A DNA stretch of 64,000 nt from positions 36,364-100,363 of IMG/VR virus record IMGVR_UViG_3300046323_000419; one strand, written 5' to 3'. The notes beneath the pieces are model-generated. The model was not told where the DNA came from. It did not search any database and saw nothing but the letters and a program-made list of their open reading frames with translations. A program made the translations under genes and the position numbers. Positions 10,309 to 21,700 of this stretch are shown here, in pieces. The number at the start of each line of letters is the position of its first letter. Position 1 is the stretch's first letter. This DNA is from a virus.

Positions 10309-10896
10309 ATGGATAAAGCTTTAGAATTAAGTGAAAAATATAAAAGTTTACTAAATAAAAATAATATTAATACATTATTAAGATTATCTCATTTTTTTGC
10401 ACAATTAACTCATGAAAGTGGTTTAAAACCAATTAGCGAAAATTTAAATTATTCTGAAAAAGGTTTATTAACTATTTTTAAAAAATATTTTAATAATATT
10501 ACAGCTAAAAAATATGCTAGAAACTCTGAAGCTATAGCTAATAAAGTTTACGCTAATCGAGGAGGTAATGGTAATGAAAAATCAGGAGATGGTTGGAAAT
10601 ATCGTGGTAAAGGATTTATACAAATAACTCTTAAAGATAATTATAAATCTTTATCTAAAGATACAGGTATTGATTATTTTAATAATCCTAATCTATTATT
10701 GACAGAAGCTGATAGTATGATTTCATCAATATGGTATTGGAATAAAATTAATGGTAATAAATATGCAGATAATGATGATTTAGATACTATTAGTGATTTA
10801 ATAAATATGGGTAAAAAGACAATTAAAATTGGAGATTCGAATGGCTATATAAATAGGCGTAATCATTTGAATAAATTAAAAAAATTATTTAAATAA
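10309..10896 (+). CDS. Endolysin, glycoside hydrolase family 19
   Basis: HFFAQLTHESG, ENLNYS, ANKVYANRGGNG..DGWKYRGKGFIQIT motifs. Confidence 0.92.
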   Translation: MDKALELSEKYKSLLNKNNINTLLRLSHFFAQLTHESGLKPISENLNYSEKGLLTIFKKYFNNITAKKYARNSEAIANKVYANRGGNGNEKSGDGWKYRGKGFIQITLKDNYKSLSKDTGIDYFNNPNLLLTEADSMISSIWYWNKINGNKYADNDDLDTISDLINMGKKTIKIGDSNGYINRRNHLNKLKKLFK

Positions 10897-10902
10897 AAGA
10901 TT

Positions 10903-11535
10903 ATGAATATAAATTTAAAAGAAATTATAATATGGATATTAATATTAATTTTATGTTTTTTTATAGGTAGATGGACATCTCCTGTAGAAACTAAAATTGT
11001 AAAGATAACTATACCATCAACATCAGGTAATTCATCCATTATAAATAACCCTAAACCTATTATAACAATTAAAGATAGCCTAGTCTATAAAGATAGTTTA
11101 ATTTATACTGATAATCCAATTAATAAACAAATCATACAAGATTATCTTGAGTTAGAAAATAGATATACTGGATTAGAATTAAAAACACAGCAGTTATTAA
11201 AATTTGTAAATCTTTCACAAATTAGAAAATATCAAATTCCTTTTGAGAATGATACTATTAAAATTATAGGAGATATAGAAGTTCAAGGTGAATTAAAATC
11301 TTTAAAATATAATTGGATAATTAAAGAAAAAACTTTTGATACTACTGTTGAAATTAAAAAACCAACAATGAATTTATTATTAGGGGGTAGTGTATCAAAT
11401 AATATAGATTTAAATAAGTTTAATATTAATGCTAATATAGGTATTCAACGTAAAAATGGTGACCTTATATTAGGCTCTTATGGAACATTTGATAAAACAA
11501 TTCAAGTTGGATATTTAGTTAATTTAAAACTATAA
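10903..11535 (+). CDS. Membrane-anchored lysis accessory (spanin-like) protein
   Basis: N-terminal TM (IIIWILILILCFFIG), C-terminal amphipathic beta strands; directly after endolysin. Confidence 0.45.
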   Translation: MNINLKEIIIWILILILCFFIGRWTSPVETKIVKITIPSTSGNSSIINNPKPIITIKDSLVYKDSLIYTDNPINKQIIQDYLELENRYTGLELKTQQLLKFVNLSQIRKYQIPFENDTIKIIGDIEVQGELKSLKYNWIIKEKTFDTTVEIKKPTMNLLLGGSVSNNIDLNKFNINANIGIQRKNGDLILGSYGTFDKTIQVGYLVNLKL

Positions 11536-11567
11536 TAAAAATAATTATAAAATAATTGCAATTTTAT

Positions 11568-11598
11568 TAGGTTTTTACAAAAAAATATATTATCTTTG
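11568..11598 (+). promoter_or_regulatory. Promoter TAGG-N19-TATCTTTG (Bacteroidota -33/-7 type variant)
   Basis: TAGG 11568-11571, TATCTTTG 11591-11598; identical spacing in two other copies. Confidence 0.7.
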
Positions 11599-11622
11599 TA
11601 ATTATTAATCAACATATTATAT

Positions 11623-12567
11623 ATGAAGCTGGAAGAAATAAAAGAATTTTTAAGAAATAAACAAGGATATATTAAATTTGGTGCTTATAAATTATCAACA
11701 ATATTAGATGTTGATGAAGATTTATGTTATCAAGCATTAGGTGAAATTCGTAAAGAATTTAAAAATAAATACGAATATAAAAAACCTTTATTTGAAGATT
11801 ATAAAAATAGAACTATCGATAATAAACCTAAAACAACTGAAGACGTTTTTAAAAATGCTTTTAAATATACAACATTATCTAAAACTCCTCATGAAAGTTT
11901 TATTAAAAAATCTAAAACTGGTAAAAATGTTTTAGTTATTGGTGATTTACACGAACCTTTTTGTTTAGATGGTTATTTAGAACATTGTATCAAAACCTAC
12001 AGTAAATATAAATGTAATGAGGTAGTGTTTATAGGCGATATAATAGATAATCATGCTAGTTCGTATCACGAAACTGATCCAGATGGATATAGTGCCGGAA
12101 AAGAACTTAAATTAGCGATACAACGAATAAAACAATGGTATAGTGCTTTTCCAAAAGCAACTATAATCATAGGTAATCACGATAGACTTATAATGCGTAA
12201 AGCACAAACAGCAGGTTTATCGAGAATGTGGATTAAAGACTATGCTGAAGTACTGGGTACACCAGGTTGGAATTTTACAGATTCAATTGAAATAGATGAC
12301 GTATTATATATTCATGGAGAAGGTGGTACTGCTAGAGCAAGGGTGCGTAGAGACTTACAATCTATTGTACAAGGTCATTTACATAGTCAAGCATATATTG
12401 ATTGGTGTGTAGGTGCTAAATTTAAACTATTTGGAATGCAAGTAGGATGTGGAATTAATCATGAATCTTATGCAATGGCATATGGTAAAGAAGGTCCTAA
12501 ACCTGCTATAGCATGTGGGGTAATTCTTCAAGGTGAAGTACCGATAAATATAATGATGAATTTATAA
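11623..12567 (+). CDS. Calcineurin-like metallophosphoesterase with N-terminal extension
   Basis: GDLHEP, GDIID, GNHD, HGEG, GHLH motifs. Confidence 0.88.
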   Translation: MKLEEIKEFLRNKQGYIKFGAYKLSTILDVDEDLCYQALGEIRKEFKNKYEYKKPLFEDYKNRTIDNKPKTTEDVFKNAFKYTTLSKTPHESFIKKSKTGKNVLVIGDLHEPFCLDGYLEHCIKTYSKYKCNEVVFIGDIIDNHASSYHETDPDGYSAGKELKLAIQRIKQWYSAFPKATIIIGNHDRLIMRKAQTAGLSRMWIKDYAEVLGTPGWNFTDSIEIDDVLYIHGEGGTARARVRRDLQSIVQGHLHSQAYIDWCVGAKFKLFGMQVGCGINHESYAMAYGKEGPKPAIACGVILQGEVPINIMMNL

Positions 12568-12579
12568 ATAACAAAATAT

Positions 12580-12609
12580 GACCCCAGCCATAACGGTCTG
12601 GGGTTTTTT
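12580..12609 (+). terminator. Rho-independent terminator
   Basis: ACCCCAG-CC-ATAAC-GG-T-CTGGGGT followed by T-run. Confidence 0.8.
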
Positions 12610-12622
12610 ATTAAATAAACAT

Positions 12623-13303
12623 ATGAAAATAAATAAAATAATTTACGATATTCGTACTGCAATAAGAGATACTGTGGATGATCAACGTTTTTCCGACAGG
12701 TATTTAATTCATCTATACAATTTAAAACGTAGTAAATACTTACGTAATGATGCTAATAATTTACAAAAATTAATAGATAATTCAATATTACAGAAATTCT
12801 GTATGGATATGGAAGAAGTATCCGTTAATGAATGTGGTTTAGACTACGATTGCGACACGATAATGCGTTCAAAGACCATTATACCAATTCCATTAGAATT
12901 ACATCTTAAATCAGCTATAACAGAGGTTAAACCAACTGTTAAAATAAGTAAACCATTTAACTTTGTTAATAAAGAACGAGCTATTTGGAGTCAGTATTCA
13001 CCTTTTGCAGAATCAATCTATGCTTTTTTAGATACAGATAAGTATTTGTATTTAATTAGTAAATCTGAAACAGTTAAATTAATTGACTGTATTACAGTAA
13101 CAGGTATATTTGAAGATCCTTTAGAATTACAAAATTATAAAAATTGTTGTGGTTGTGAAGAACCTAAATCTTGTTTTGATATAGATGACACTGAATACCC
13201 ATTACAATCACATCATATTGATTCAATAAGAGGTGAAATCATACAAACTCTTGTAGGCTCTTTAAAATTACCTCAAGATGAAATAAATAATGCTAATGAT
13301 TAA
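12623..13303 (+). CDS. crAss-like tail ring / tubular protein
   Basis: Start moved to ATG 12623 because upstream in-frame codons are the terminator; D..FSDRYLIH, GIFEDP, YPL motifs. Confidence 0.65.
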   Translation: MKINKIIYDIRTAIRDTVDDQRFSDRYLIHLYNLKRSKYLRNDANNLQKLIDNSILQKFCMDMEEVSVNECGLDYDCDTIMRSKTIIPIPLELHLKSAITEVKPTVKISKPFNFVNKERAIWSQYSPFAESIYAFLDTDKYLYLISKSETVKLIDCITVTGIFEDPLELQNYKNCCGCEEPKSCFDIDDTEYPLQSHHIDSIRGEIIQTLVGSLKLPQDEINNAND

Positions 13304-13808
13304 TCTCAGAGGAGAAGGTCGTATTAATACGGATTTTGGTATTAAAGATTATTACGATTATTATAAATCTAAATCTAAAGAACCTAAATCTAAAACTTTA
13401 TTTGATAAAGTAGTTTATGATTTTAATAAAAGAATTGTAGAAAGTATTATTAATGAGGGTTTAGAATTTACACCTGTTAAAACTAAATTTACATTTTGTA
13501 TTAGAAAGAATAAACGAGGTATTAAATTAGTTGATAATAAAGTTGTGAACACTCATCCTATTGATTGGAAAACTACAACTCAATTATGGGAAAATGATGA
13601 AGAAGCTAAAGATAAAAAGTTAATTATTAGATTTTTAAATAATCATACATCTAAGTATGTATTTAGAATTTTAATGTTAAAGGGTAAAGGTAGTTATTTA
13701 AATAAAAGATTTTTTAGATATAAACCGCCACGTTCTTTTCAAAGAACTTTAGCTAAAAGGATACTAAATCCAAATTTAGAAAATTATGAAGCATATAGAC
13801 AATATTAA
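13290..13808 (+). CDS. IHF/HU-like basic protein of crAss-like tail module
   Basis: Basic 172 aa (alt start 13296); HPIDWKTT..LW and FQRTLAKRI; canonical position between two ring genes. Confidence 0.55.
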   Translation: MLMINLRGEGRINTDFGIKDYYDYYKSKSKEPKSKTLFDKVVYDFNKRIVESIINEGLEFTPVKTKFTFCIRKNKRGIKLVDNKVVNTHPIDWKTTTQLWENDEEAKDKKLIIRFLNNHTSKYVFRILMLKGKGSYLNKRFFRYKPPRSFQRTLAKRILNPNLENYEAYRQY

Positions 13809-13820
13809 ATATATAAAATT

Positions 13821-14531
13821 ATGATGACAGGACGTACTGTAAGTATTGGAAATATACTATGGAAAGTATTAAAACAACCAATTGTACAAGATTTAAAATA
13901 TGAAGATGCTGCAGAATATGCAATTGAATATTTAAGATTAATAGGCGCTTCTTTAGTTTTTGAAGATAAAGTTGAACGTATTAAACTTAATAATTATAAA
14001 GGATTATTACCTGTAAATTTAATCAATATTAAAGGAGTTGCTTATTCAGATTCTGAATGTGAAGGTGGTGTTGCTATGAGATACGCTAGTAACATTTATC
14101 ATACAGATATTCAAAATAATAGAGATTGTGATGTTTTTCAAGAACACACATATATAACTCAAAATAATGTTATAACAACCTCAATGAAAGATGGTTGGGT
14201 TAATATTTCATACAGTGCATTGGCTACAGATGAATTTGGTTACCCTTTAATACCTGATAATGAATCGTTTAAAGTTGCTTTAGAATATTATATTATTCAT
14301 AGAACTTTGGAAGGATTATGGTCAATGGGTAAAATTACAGATAAAGTGTTTCAATATTATGAACAAAAGCGCCATTATTATTCAGCACAAGCTACTAATT
14401 CAATGATTATTAAAAATATGGATCAAATGGAAACTATGATGAATTCAATTAATCGAATGATTTTAGATGTCAATCCACAAGAAACATTTTATAAAAATTT
14501 TGGAATAAAAGAAGTAATTAAACAAAAATAA
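13821..14531 (+). CDS. Tail tubular (ring) protein, P22 gp4-like
   Basis: SYSALATDEFGYPLIPDNESFKVALEYYI motif; directly upstream of muzzle gene. Confidence 0.75.
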   Translation: MMTGRTVSIGNILWKVLKQPIVQDLKYEDAAEYAIEYLRLIGASLVFEDKVERIKLNNYKGLLPVNLINIKGVAYSDSECEGGVAMRYASNIYHTDIQNNRDCDVFQEHTYITQNNVITTSMKDGWVNISYSALATDEFGYPLIPDNESFKVALEYYIIHRTLEGLWSMGKITDKVFQYYEQKRHYYSAQATNSMIIKNMDQMETMMNSINRMILDVNPQETFYKNFGIKEVIKQK

Positions 14532-14533
14532 TT

Positions 14534-17500
14534 ATGACAAATAAATTTATTACACATAGTTATGTAGGAATGCAAAAAGATATTTCAAATAGTAAATATC
14601 AACCAAATTTTTATTATGATGCAAAAAATATAAAGATTAATGCTACAACCGATCAAAGTACTTCATCAATTACAAATGAAAAAGGTAATAGTTTACTATT
14701 TTCAATACCGATTCCTATAATTAATTATGAGACTAATGTAATTAATTACGCTAGTAAAACATTATCTTATACAACTTCTGAAATTATAGGAGATAATCAA
14801 AGTTCAATTCAGTATATAATTGGTAACACTACTTATAGAGAGGGTGCTATATTATTTACAACTGATAATTTAGGGTGTGATTGTGTATGGAAATTTAGAT
14901 TTTCAGATAATGATTTAGAGTTATTGTATTTAAGAAACATGGGCTTTAGTACATCTAGACCCATTCAAGCTATTAATAATTTTGAAAATATAAATATTGA
15001 TAAAGTATATTGGGTAGACGGTTTAAATCAATTAAGATTTATAAATATAGAACATTCAATAATTAATGAAGATTTAGAAGAATTAATTGATATACCATTA
15101 AGTGTTATAAATATGGTTGGTAAATCTACATTAACACAGCCTGTTATAACTAATATATCTGTTGGAGGAATCCACACTTCTGGTAGAATTCAATACGCAT
15201 ATAATTTATATAGATTAAATTCTTCTCAAACTAAAATAAGTCCTTTTAGTGAACTAATATCTTTAGACAAAGGTGCGTTAGGTGGAGGTGAAATAAATGA
15301 ATCAGTTAGTTCAGCACCTATTATAACTATTACTAATATTGATACATCATATACTAATATTAGAATATATGCTATTAAATATACGTCTTATAATGAAATA
15401 CCAAGTATATCATTAATTGATGATAGGGCTATACCATCAACTGGTATTATTGAAATATTTGATGATGGTAATATAATTAGTACATTATCTTTAGAAGAGT
15501 TTATATTTTTAGGTTCGGATATAATAATACCAAAACATATTAACACAAAGTTTAATAGATTATTTTTAGCAAATTATAATGAAATAAATTTTAATGTAGA
15601 TATCGATACTAAAGCATATTCTTTTGCCCCAAGTGGTGAATCTATTATATACAAAGATTTATTCTTAGATGGGAATGTTCCAAATGGAACACCTTTCATA
15701 ATAGTAAATGATATTGATTATGATAACCCAGAACTTATTAAACATGATAGTGTAAACTTAAATTATAATGTTTATAAATACCAAAAAGACGGAATTACAT
15801 TAGGTGGAGAAGGTAAATATTTGAAATATAAATTAACTCAAGATACAGTTTATAATAAAAATAATCAATATTTTAAAGATGATGAAATATATAGAATAGG
15901 TATTGAGTTTTTTAATAATTATGGTCAATTTTCACAACCTAAATGGATTGCTGATTTTAGAGCACCAAGTGGTAATTTAACTGGTAATTATAATACTTTA
16001 GAAGTTACTTTAAAACCAGAATTATTTAGTTGGTTATCTACAAATGTATTTGAATCAGATTATCAAAAACCTATTGGTTATAAAATTATGATAGCTGAAC
16101 GTACAATTAACGATAGAACCATTATAGCCAATGGATTAGTTAGTCCAATGATGGTTAATGATAAATCAAATGAAGATATACCTATTGATTATTCTAGTGT
16201 AAGTGATGTAAATTATGTTAGAGATAAAGCTAAAACATTACCTAAATTACCAAATTTTACAACTAGAAATTGTAATACATTTAGCAATTATGGATTAGTT
16301 CAACCATTATATAAAGCTAAACATTTAAAAGATATGAATACTCTTCGTAATTCACCTGATACTGAAATACAAAGAGCAGATGTTGGTTCAGATACTTCTG
16401 GTAGATTATATCAATTTAATTCAATGTTACAACTATATTCACCAGAAGTAATGTTTGGGAATACAGTTTCAGTTTCTGATAGTACTAAATTAAGGGTTAA
16501 AGGTTCATTGAAAAATAATATAAATAATTCATGGAGTAGGAAATACGAAGCTTCTCAATCTATTATTTTAGATGAAGTTAAAGCATTAGGTGGATTAACT
16601 CAAGCTTATTCAACATCATTTGATCCAATTCTTGGGGAAGCTGCTGCACCATTAAATATGGGGTTGATATCTCATCCAGCGGATTCTAATCCAGATAGAG
16701 TTACTCATACAATGTTTCATAGAGGTTATGGTAATTTAGAACCTGAACTTGGAATTAATGATTTGTTTACACCTTCAATTTCTGAAACAATTTTGGATAT
16801 TTATGGAAAACCAGAAGTGACTGAAAAAGGTCAATCTGGTACAAATTATAATAATGATCCAAATTACAGATATGTAAATTCACTACAAGGTGTATTAACA
16901 GACGCTAATACTTATTTTGATAATGATGGTAAATTTCAAAGAAGAATTGTATCTATAAATAGTTATGGTAATAGATGTATTACAATTGTACCAGGATTAA
17001 ATAATCCATCAATAAATCATTGGGATAGACCTAAATTAGAATCTATATTTTTAAGTACAGGTTTAAGTGGTGACAACAATGGTATAATAGTTGAACTTAT
17101 AAAAAATGATAATGAAATTTATTTAGGTAATATATATGGAGGTAATAGTTATGAAGATAAATTAAGAACTAATTATATTGAAATTGGAACATTTAAAGAA
17201 TTAAATTCATTAGATACAACTATAAATATATCATCACCTGGTGACACATACGTTAATACTTTTACTTTTGCTAGAATTGTTAGAACAGATGTTGATATTA
17301 TGGCGGAAGGAACATATGTATTAGAAGAGATTGTTCAATTTATAACTGAAACAACTATAGATTTAAAAAATAGAAATGATTTAAGTTTGCAACCTTGGGA
17401 TGCTAGATTTCAACCTTATGATTCAGAGTATCACAAATATAATAAAGTTTATTCCCAATTACCAAATTTAGCACAAAGAAGAAGTGTTGATTATAATACA

Positions 17501-18571
17501 AAACGTTTTAATAATTTTGATACAAATGTAATTGCTACTAAAGTCAAATCTGCTGGTGAAATTATTGATAATTGGACTGATATTCAAACTAATGAAGTAA
17601 TTACTTTAGATGGTAAACATGGATCAATTAATTCATTAACTAGTTTTAATGATGAATTATATACCATTCAAGATAAAGCTTTAGCATTTCTTTCTATTAA
17701 CCCTAGAGTTCAAGTTCAGGGTCAAGATGGTTTAGCTATTCAATTGGGTAGTGGTAGTGTATTAGATAGATATAAATATATATCTACTGATTCTGGAACA
17801 TTAAATAAATGGAGTGTGATAACTAGTCCTCAAAGTATGTATTATTATGATACTTTAAATAGTTCAATAATGTCATTTAAAGGTGGTTTAGAGAACTTAA
17901 CTGACTTCAAAGGTCTACATACATTCTTTACAAATAATATATCATCAGAGGTTCTTAAAATTGATAATCCAATATTAAAAACAGGTGTATCTTCAGGGTA
18001 TGATTATAGCAATCATGATTTATTTATGACATTTAATCAAACTGGTAAACCTTCTTTTACATTATCATATAATGAAACTAGAAATCAATTTATATCATAT
18101 CATGATTATTTACCAAGTAATTATATCAGTAAAGGTGATTATACATTTACAACTAATCCTTTAAACACATCTATTTACAGACAAGGTATAGGAAATTATA
18201 ATAATTTTTATGGAGTAAACTATTCATCATATGTCGTATTAAATGTAAATCCTGAAGTTAATATGGATACAGTATTTGACAACATAATGTATAAATCAGA
18301 AGTTTATCTCAATGATGTGGATCAACCTAATAAAACCTTAACTAAAGTTAGGCTTTATAGTGAATATCAAGATTCTGGTTTAATACCGTTAACATTAAGC
18401 AGAACAGGTAATCTTAGAAGAAAGTTTAGAGATTGGAATGCTATTTTACCTAGAAATCAAGGTTCTAGAGAAAGAATTAGAAACCCTTGGGTTAAATTAG
18501 TATTACAATTTGATAATACTTCTAATTATAAATTAATATTACATGATGTGATAATTTCATATTCTGTATAA
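14534..18571 (+). CDS. Tail stabilization / muzzle protein (P22 gp10-like)
   Basis: 1345 aa; GMQKD..NEKG, VYWVDGLNQLRFIN, FKDDEIYRIGIEFF, RRKFRDW..RIRNPW motifs. Confidence 0.8.
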   Translation: MTNKFITHSYVGMQKDISNSKYQPNFYYDAKNIKINATTDQSTSSITNEKGNSLLFSIPIPIINYETNVINYASKTLSYTTSEIIGDNQSSIQYIIGNTTYREGAILFTTDNLGCDCVWKFRFSDNDLELLYLRNMGFSTSRPIQAINNFENINIDKVYWVDGLNQLRFINIEHSIINEDLEELIDIPLSVINMVGKSTLTQPVITNISVGGIHTSGRIQYAYNLYRLNSSQTKISPFSELISLDKGALGGGEINESVSSAPIITITNIDTSYTNIRIYAIKYTSYNEIPSISLIDDRAIPSTGIIEIFDDGNIISTLSLEEFIFLGSDIIIPKHINTKFNRLFLANYNEINFNVDIDTKAYSFAPSGESIIYKDLFLDGNVPNGTPFIIVNDIDYDNPELIKHDSVNLNYNVYKYQKDGITLGGEGKYLKYKLTQDTVYNKNNQYFKDDEIYRIGIEFFNNYGQFSQPKWIADFRAPSGNLTGNYNTLEVTLKPELFSWLSTNVFESDYQKPIGYKIMIAERTINDRTIIANGLVSPMMVNDKSNEDIPIDYSSVSDVNYVRDKAKTLPKLPNFTTRNCNTFSNYGLVQPLYKAKHLKDMNTLRNSPDTEIQRADVGSDTSGRLYQFNSMLQLYSPEVMFGNTVSVSDSTKLRVKGSLKNNINNSWSRKYEASQSIILDEVKALGGLTQAYSTSFDPILGEAAAPLNMGLISHPADSNPDRVTHTMFHRGYGNLEPELGINDLFTPSISETILDIYGKPEVTEKGQSGTNYNNDPNYRYVNSLQGVLTDANTYFDNDGKFQRRIVSINSYGNRCITIVPGLNNPSINHWDRPKLESIFLSTGLSGDNNGIIVELIKNDNEIYLGNIYGGNSYEDKLRTNYIEIGTFKELNSLDTTINISSPGDTYVNTFTFARIVRTDVDIMAEGTYVLEEIVQFITETTIDLKNRNDLSLQPWDARFQPYDSEYHKYNKVYSQLPNLAQRRSVDYNTKRFNNFDTNVIATKVKSAGEIIDNWTDIQTNEVITLDGKHGSINSLTSFNDELYTIQDKALAFLSINPRVQVQGQDGLAIQLGSGSVLDRYKYISTDSGTLNKWSVITSPQSMYYYDTLNSSIMSFKGGLENLTDFKGLHTFFTNNISSEVLKIDNPILKTGVSSGYDYSNHDLFMTFNQTGKPSFTLSYNETRNQFISYHDYLPSNYISKGDYTFTTNPLNTSIYRQGIGNYNNFYGVNYSSYVVLNVNPEVNMDTVFDNIMYKSEVYLNDVDQPNKTLTKVRLYSEYQDSGLIPLTLSRTGNLRRKFRDWNAILPRNQGSRERIRNPWVKLVLQFDNTSNYKLILHDVIISYSV

Positions 18572-18581
18572 AAATAACACT

Positions 18582-18627
18582 AAAGGTATAGGTAATATTT
18601 TAAAGAATATAATCTATACCTTTTTTT
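18582..18627 (+). terminator. Rho-independent terminator
   Basis: AAAGGTATAGG...TCTATACCTTT stem followed by T-run. Confidence 0.75.
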
Positions 18628-18652
18628 GATTATAAAATATACAATAATTTAC

Positions 18653-18683
18653 TAGGAATAATTAATTTGAAATCGTATCTTTG
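18653..18683 (+). promoter_or_regulatory. Promoter TAGG-N19-TATCTTTG
   Basis: TAGG 18653-18656, TATCTTTG 18676-18683, 36 nt upstream of cargo gene ATG. Confidence 0.75.
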
Positions 18684-18719
18684 TAATCCAACAAAGATAA
18701 TCGTAAAATATACATAAAT

Positions 18720-21700
18720 ATGTTACAACCAAAAAAGAAATCAACAAACTCAGAAATTAAAAATAGTGATATTTTTTATAAAGAATATTTATCTTCACCA
18801 AAATATAAAGAAAGATTAATAAAACAAAAATATAATAATCCAGATAAAGTAATAAATGATAGAAAATCACAGTCTTCTAAAACTAAAATAAATGAGATAC
18901 CTTATTTAGGACAATTTACTTCAAAAAATACAGGTTCTTATTTTATTCCAGAAAATAATACAATTGATTATGATGCCTTTGATTTAAAATTATATCCAGG
19001 TTCAAATAAAGAAGATATTATAGTTCACGAACGTTCTCATTCAGCTGGGGCTTTAAAATATAAAAAAAATAATAATTTAACTTTGAATGAAAATGAAACA
19101 AAAGATATAAATAATAAAAATAAAATTAAAGGTGACCACGAAAAGAATGCTTGGGAAGCTAAAGCAGATATGGACGTTTTAAGATATTATTTAAAAAAAG
19201 ATAATATTTATGATACAGGTACTCAAGATTTTACACCTGAGTTATTAAATAAATCTAAAAATAAATATAAAGATAATACAACAATTAAACGATTTTTAGA
19301 TCGATTTTCAGATAAAGACGCTATATATTTAATGAATAATATAGCAATGAATAATGAACAAAAAAATGAACAAGTAATTTCCGCATATGGAGGTGAAATA
19401 AATACAAATATGAATAGATATGCACAAGGTGGAGATCTTACTCAATTTAATACTGGAGGAACTCATGAATCTTCCCCAATAGGTGGAATCCCAATAGGTA
19501 ACAATAACTTTGTAGAACAAGGTGAAACTAAACAGGATAACTTTATTTACAGTAATAGAATATTTTTAGATGAAAATGTAATCTCTCAATATAATCTACC
19601 TAAATCTTTAATTGGTAAATCTGTAGCAGATGCTACTAAATTAATAGATAATAAATTTAAAGGTAGGAATGATAAGATTTCACAATCTACTAAAAACTCA
19701 ATGTTATCTAAAATCGCAGAAGCTCAAGAATCTATGAAACCTCAAGAACCTGAAATGGAACAATCACAAGAGGGTGATGAGCAACAACTTCCTGAAGATA
19801 TGATTGATTCTAATCAAATGGCTTGGGGAGGGTTTACAGATAGTACAATAGGTCAAGGTTTTGGTGAAGAAGCTACTGGTGCACAAAAATCTGCAGCATT
19901 AAGCGCGGGATTAGGTGTAGCAACAACTACTTTGGATTTAGGTAATGTTGCTTTTGGTAAAGCTGCTCAAGATATATCTGGTACGGCTGAATCAGGAAGA
20001 GTTGGCGGAGTTGGAATGATAGGTGGTTCAGCAATTAAAGGTGCTAGTGCTGGTGCAGCATTTGGGCCATTAGGTGCAGGTATCGGAGCAGCTGTAGGAG
20101 GTTTGGCAGGTTTAGCAGGTTTAGGTAAAGCTCGTAAAGCTGAAGCTTTAAATACTCAACGATTTGCGATGAATACTAATAGAAGTTTATCTGATAATTA
20201 TTCTGCAATGGGTGGTAGAATAGATCCTAAAAAACCAACTGAGCAAACTGTAAATACTCTTCAAAGAGGTATAGATGTAGCTCAATTGATTGGTCAAAAA
20301 TTTTTTAAAAAAGGTCCATTATCGATTGTTCCAGGAACTGTTGGTTCAGCATTTGGAGTACTTGATTCTTTTCAAAATAAAAGAAATATTAATCCCGCAG
20401 ATGTAATAGGACTTATTCCAAATCCTGTTACTCAAATATTATCTGAAACAATAGATCAGGGTGCTCGTGAGAAAAGAATGACGCATGAATTTGCAGAAAA
20501 GTCAAGAAAAATAAATCCTAAAATAGAACTTAAAGAGACAGAAAATACAATAAAAGATACTTTTGGAAAAAGAAGTTATGCTGAAGGAGGATTTATTAAG
20601 CAATTTGCATATGATGATAAAATGAATCAAATGGAAGATGGTGGTTATTATGATAAAAATAATCCTTATTTTATGACAAATCCAGGACAAATAATTCCAA
20701 ATAACCAACAAACAGTATCTTCAAGTCAAAAAGTTCCTTTTCCTAAACCACCAACAGCTGATTATGATACTAATATTATTAAAAACGTACATGATGCAAT
20801 AGGAATAACTCCAAGTATGCCAGGATATGGTAAAGAATGGGGTAAAAAAAGTAATCAAGCTTATTATAATAGTGTGATAAACGATAAAGAATCTATGAAA
20901 AATAATCCTTCATTTGGAAAAGATTTTAAAACTATGACACTTACAAAAAACCAAATGTTACAACCAAATTTTCCAGAATCAGCACAAAAAAGATTTGGAT
21001 TAACAAAAGAAGGTTATAAATTTACTCCAGAAACTCCAATCATTCCTCAAAGAGAAGATCCTATTATAACTCCAACTCAAACTAAAGCTGGATTTGAAGC
21101 TTACTACGCTAACGCTAAACAAATTGAAGATACTAAGAAAAATAGAACACTTGTAGGTAAAGGTTTAAGTTATGCAAATGATAATCTTGGTAATTTAGCA
21201 AGATATGCTCCAATTGCAGCAAATGCTTTACAATTAGCACAACTTAAAAAACCTCAAGGTGAAAGATTAGATAGATTAGGTAATCGTTATAAACCTGAAT
21301 ATGTAGATGAAGCACAATTGCAAAATATTGCAAATCAAACTATGAATAATTCAGTTAATGCTATTGGTCAATCTGGTGCATCTCAAGGTCAATTAAGGTC
21401 TTCTATTATAGGTTCTCAATTACAACGAACTAAAGCATTATCTGATAGTTACGGTCAAGCTGCAGCTCAAAATAGAGCTACTAATGATAGAGCTCAAACA
21501 TTTAATTTAGGTGTAGATAGTGCTAATTTACAACAATCTAATTCTGAAAAAGATATTAATGCTAGAGACCAAGCTGCTTATAGAAATGCTAAAAGAGAAT
21601 ATATAACAGGTATTGGTGAAGGAATTGGAGATATTGGTAAAGAACAGACTCAAAAAAAGATAATTGCTAAAACATTGGGTTATAAATGGGATGGAGAATA

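Noticed and set aside
12578-12622. Upstream start for the ring protein gene
   Set aside because: These codons form the terminator hairpin; ATG 12623 has the A-rich context typical of other starts.
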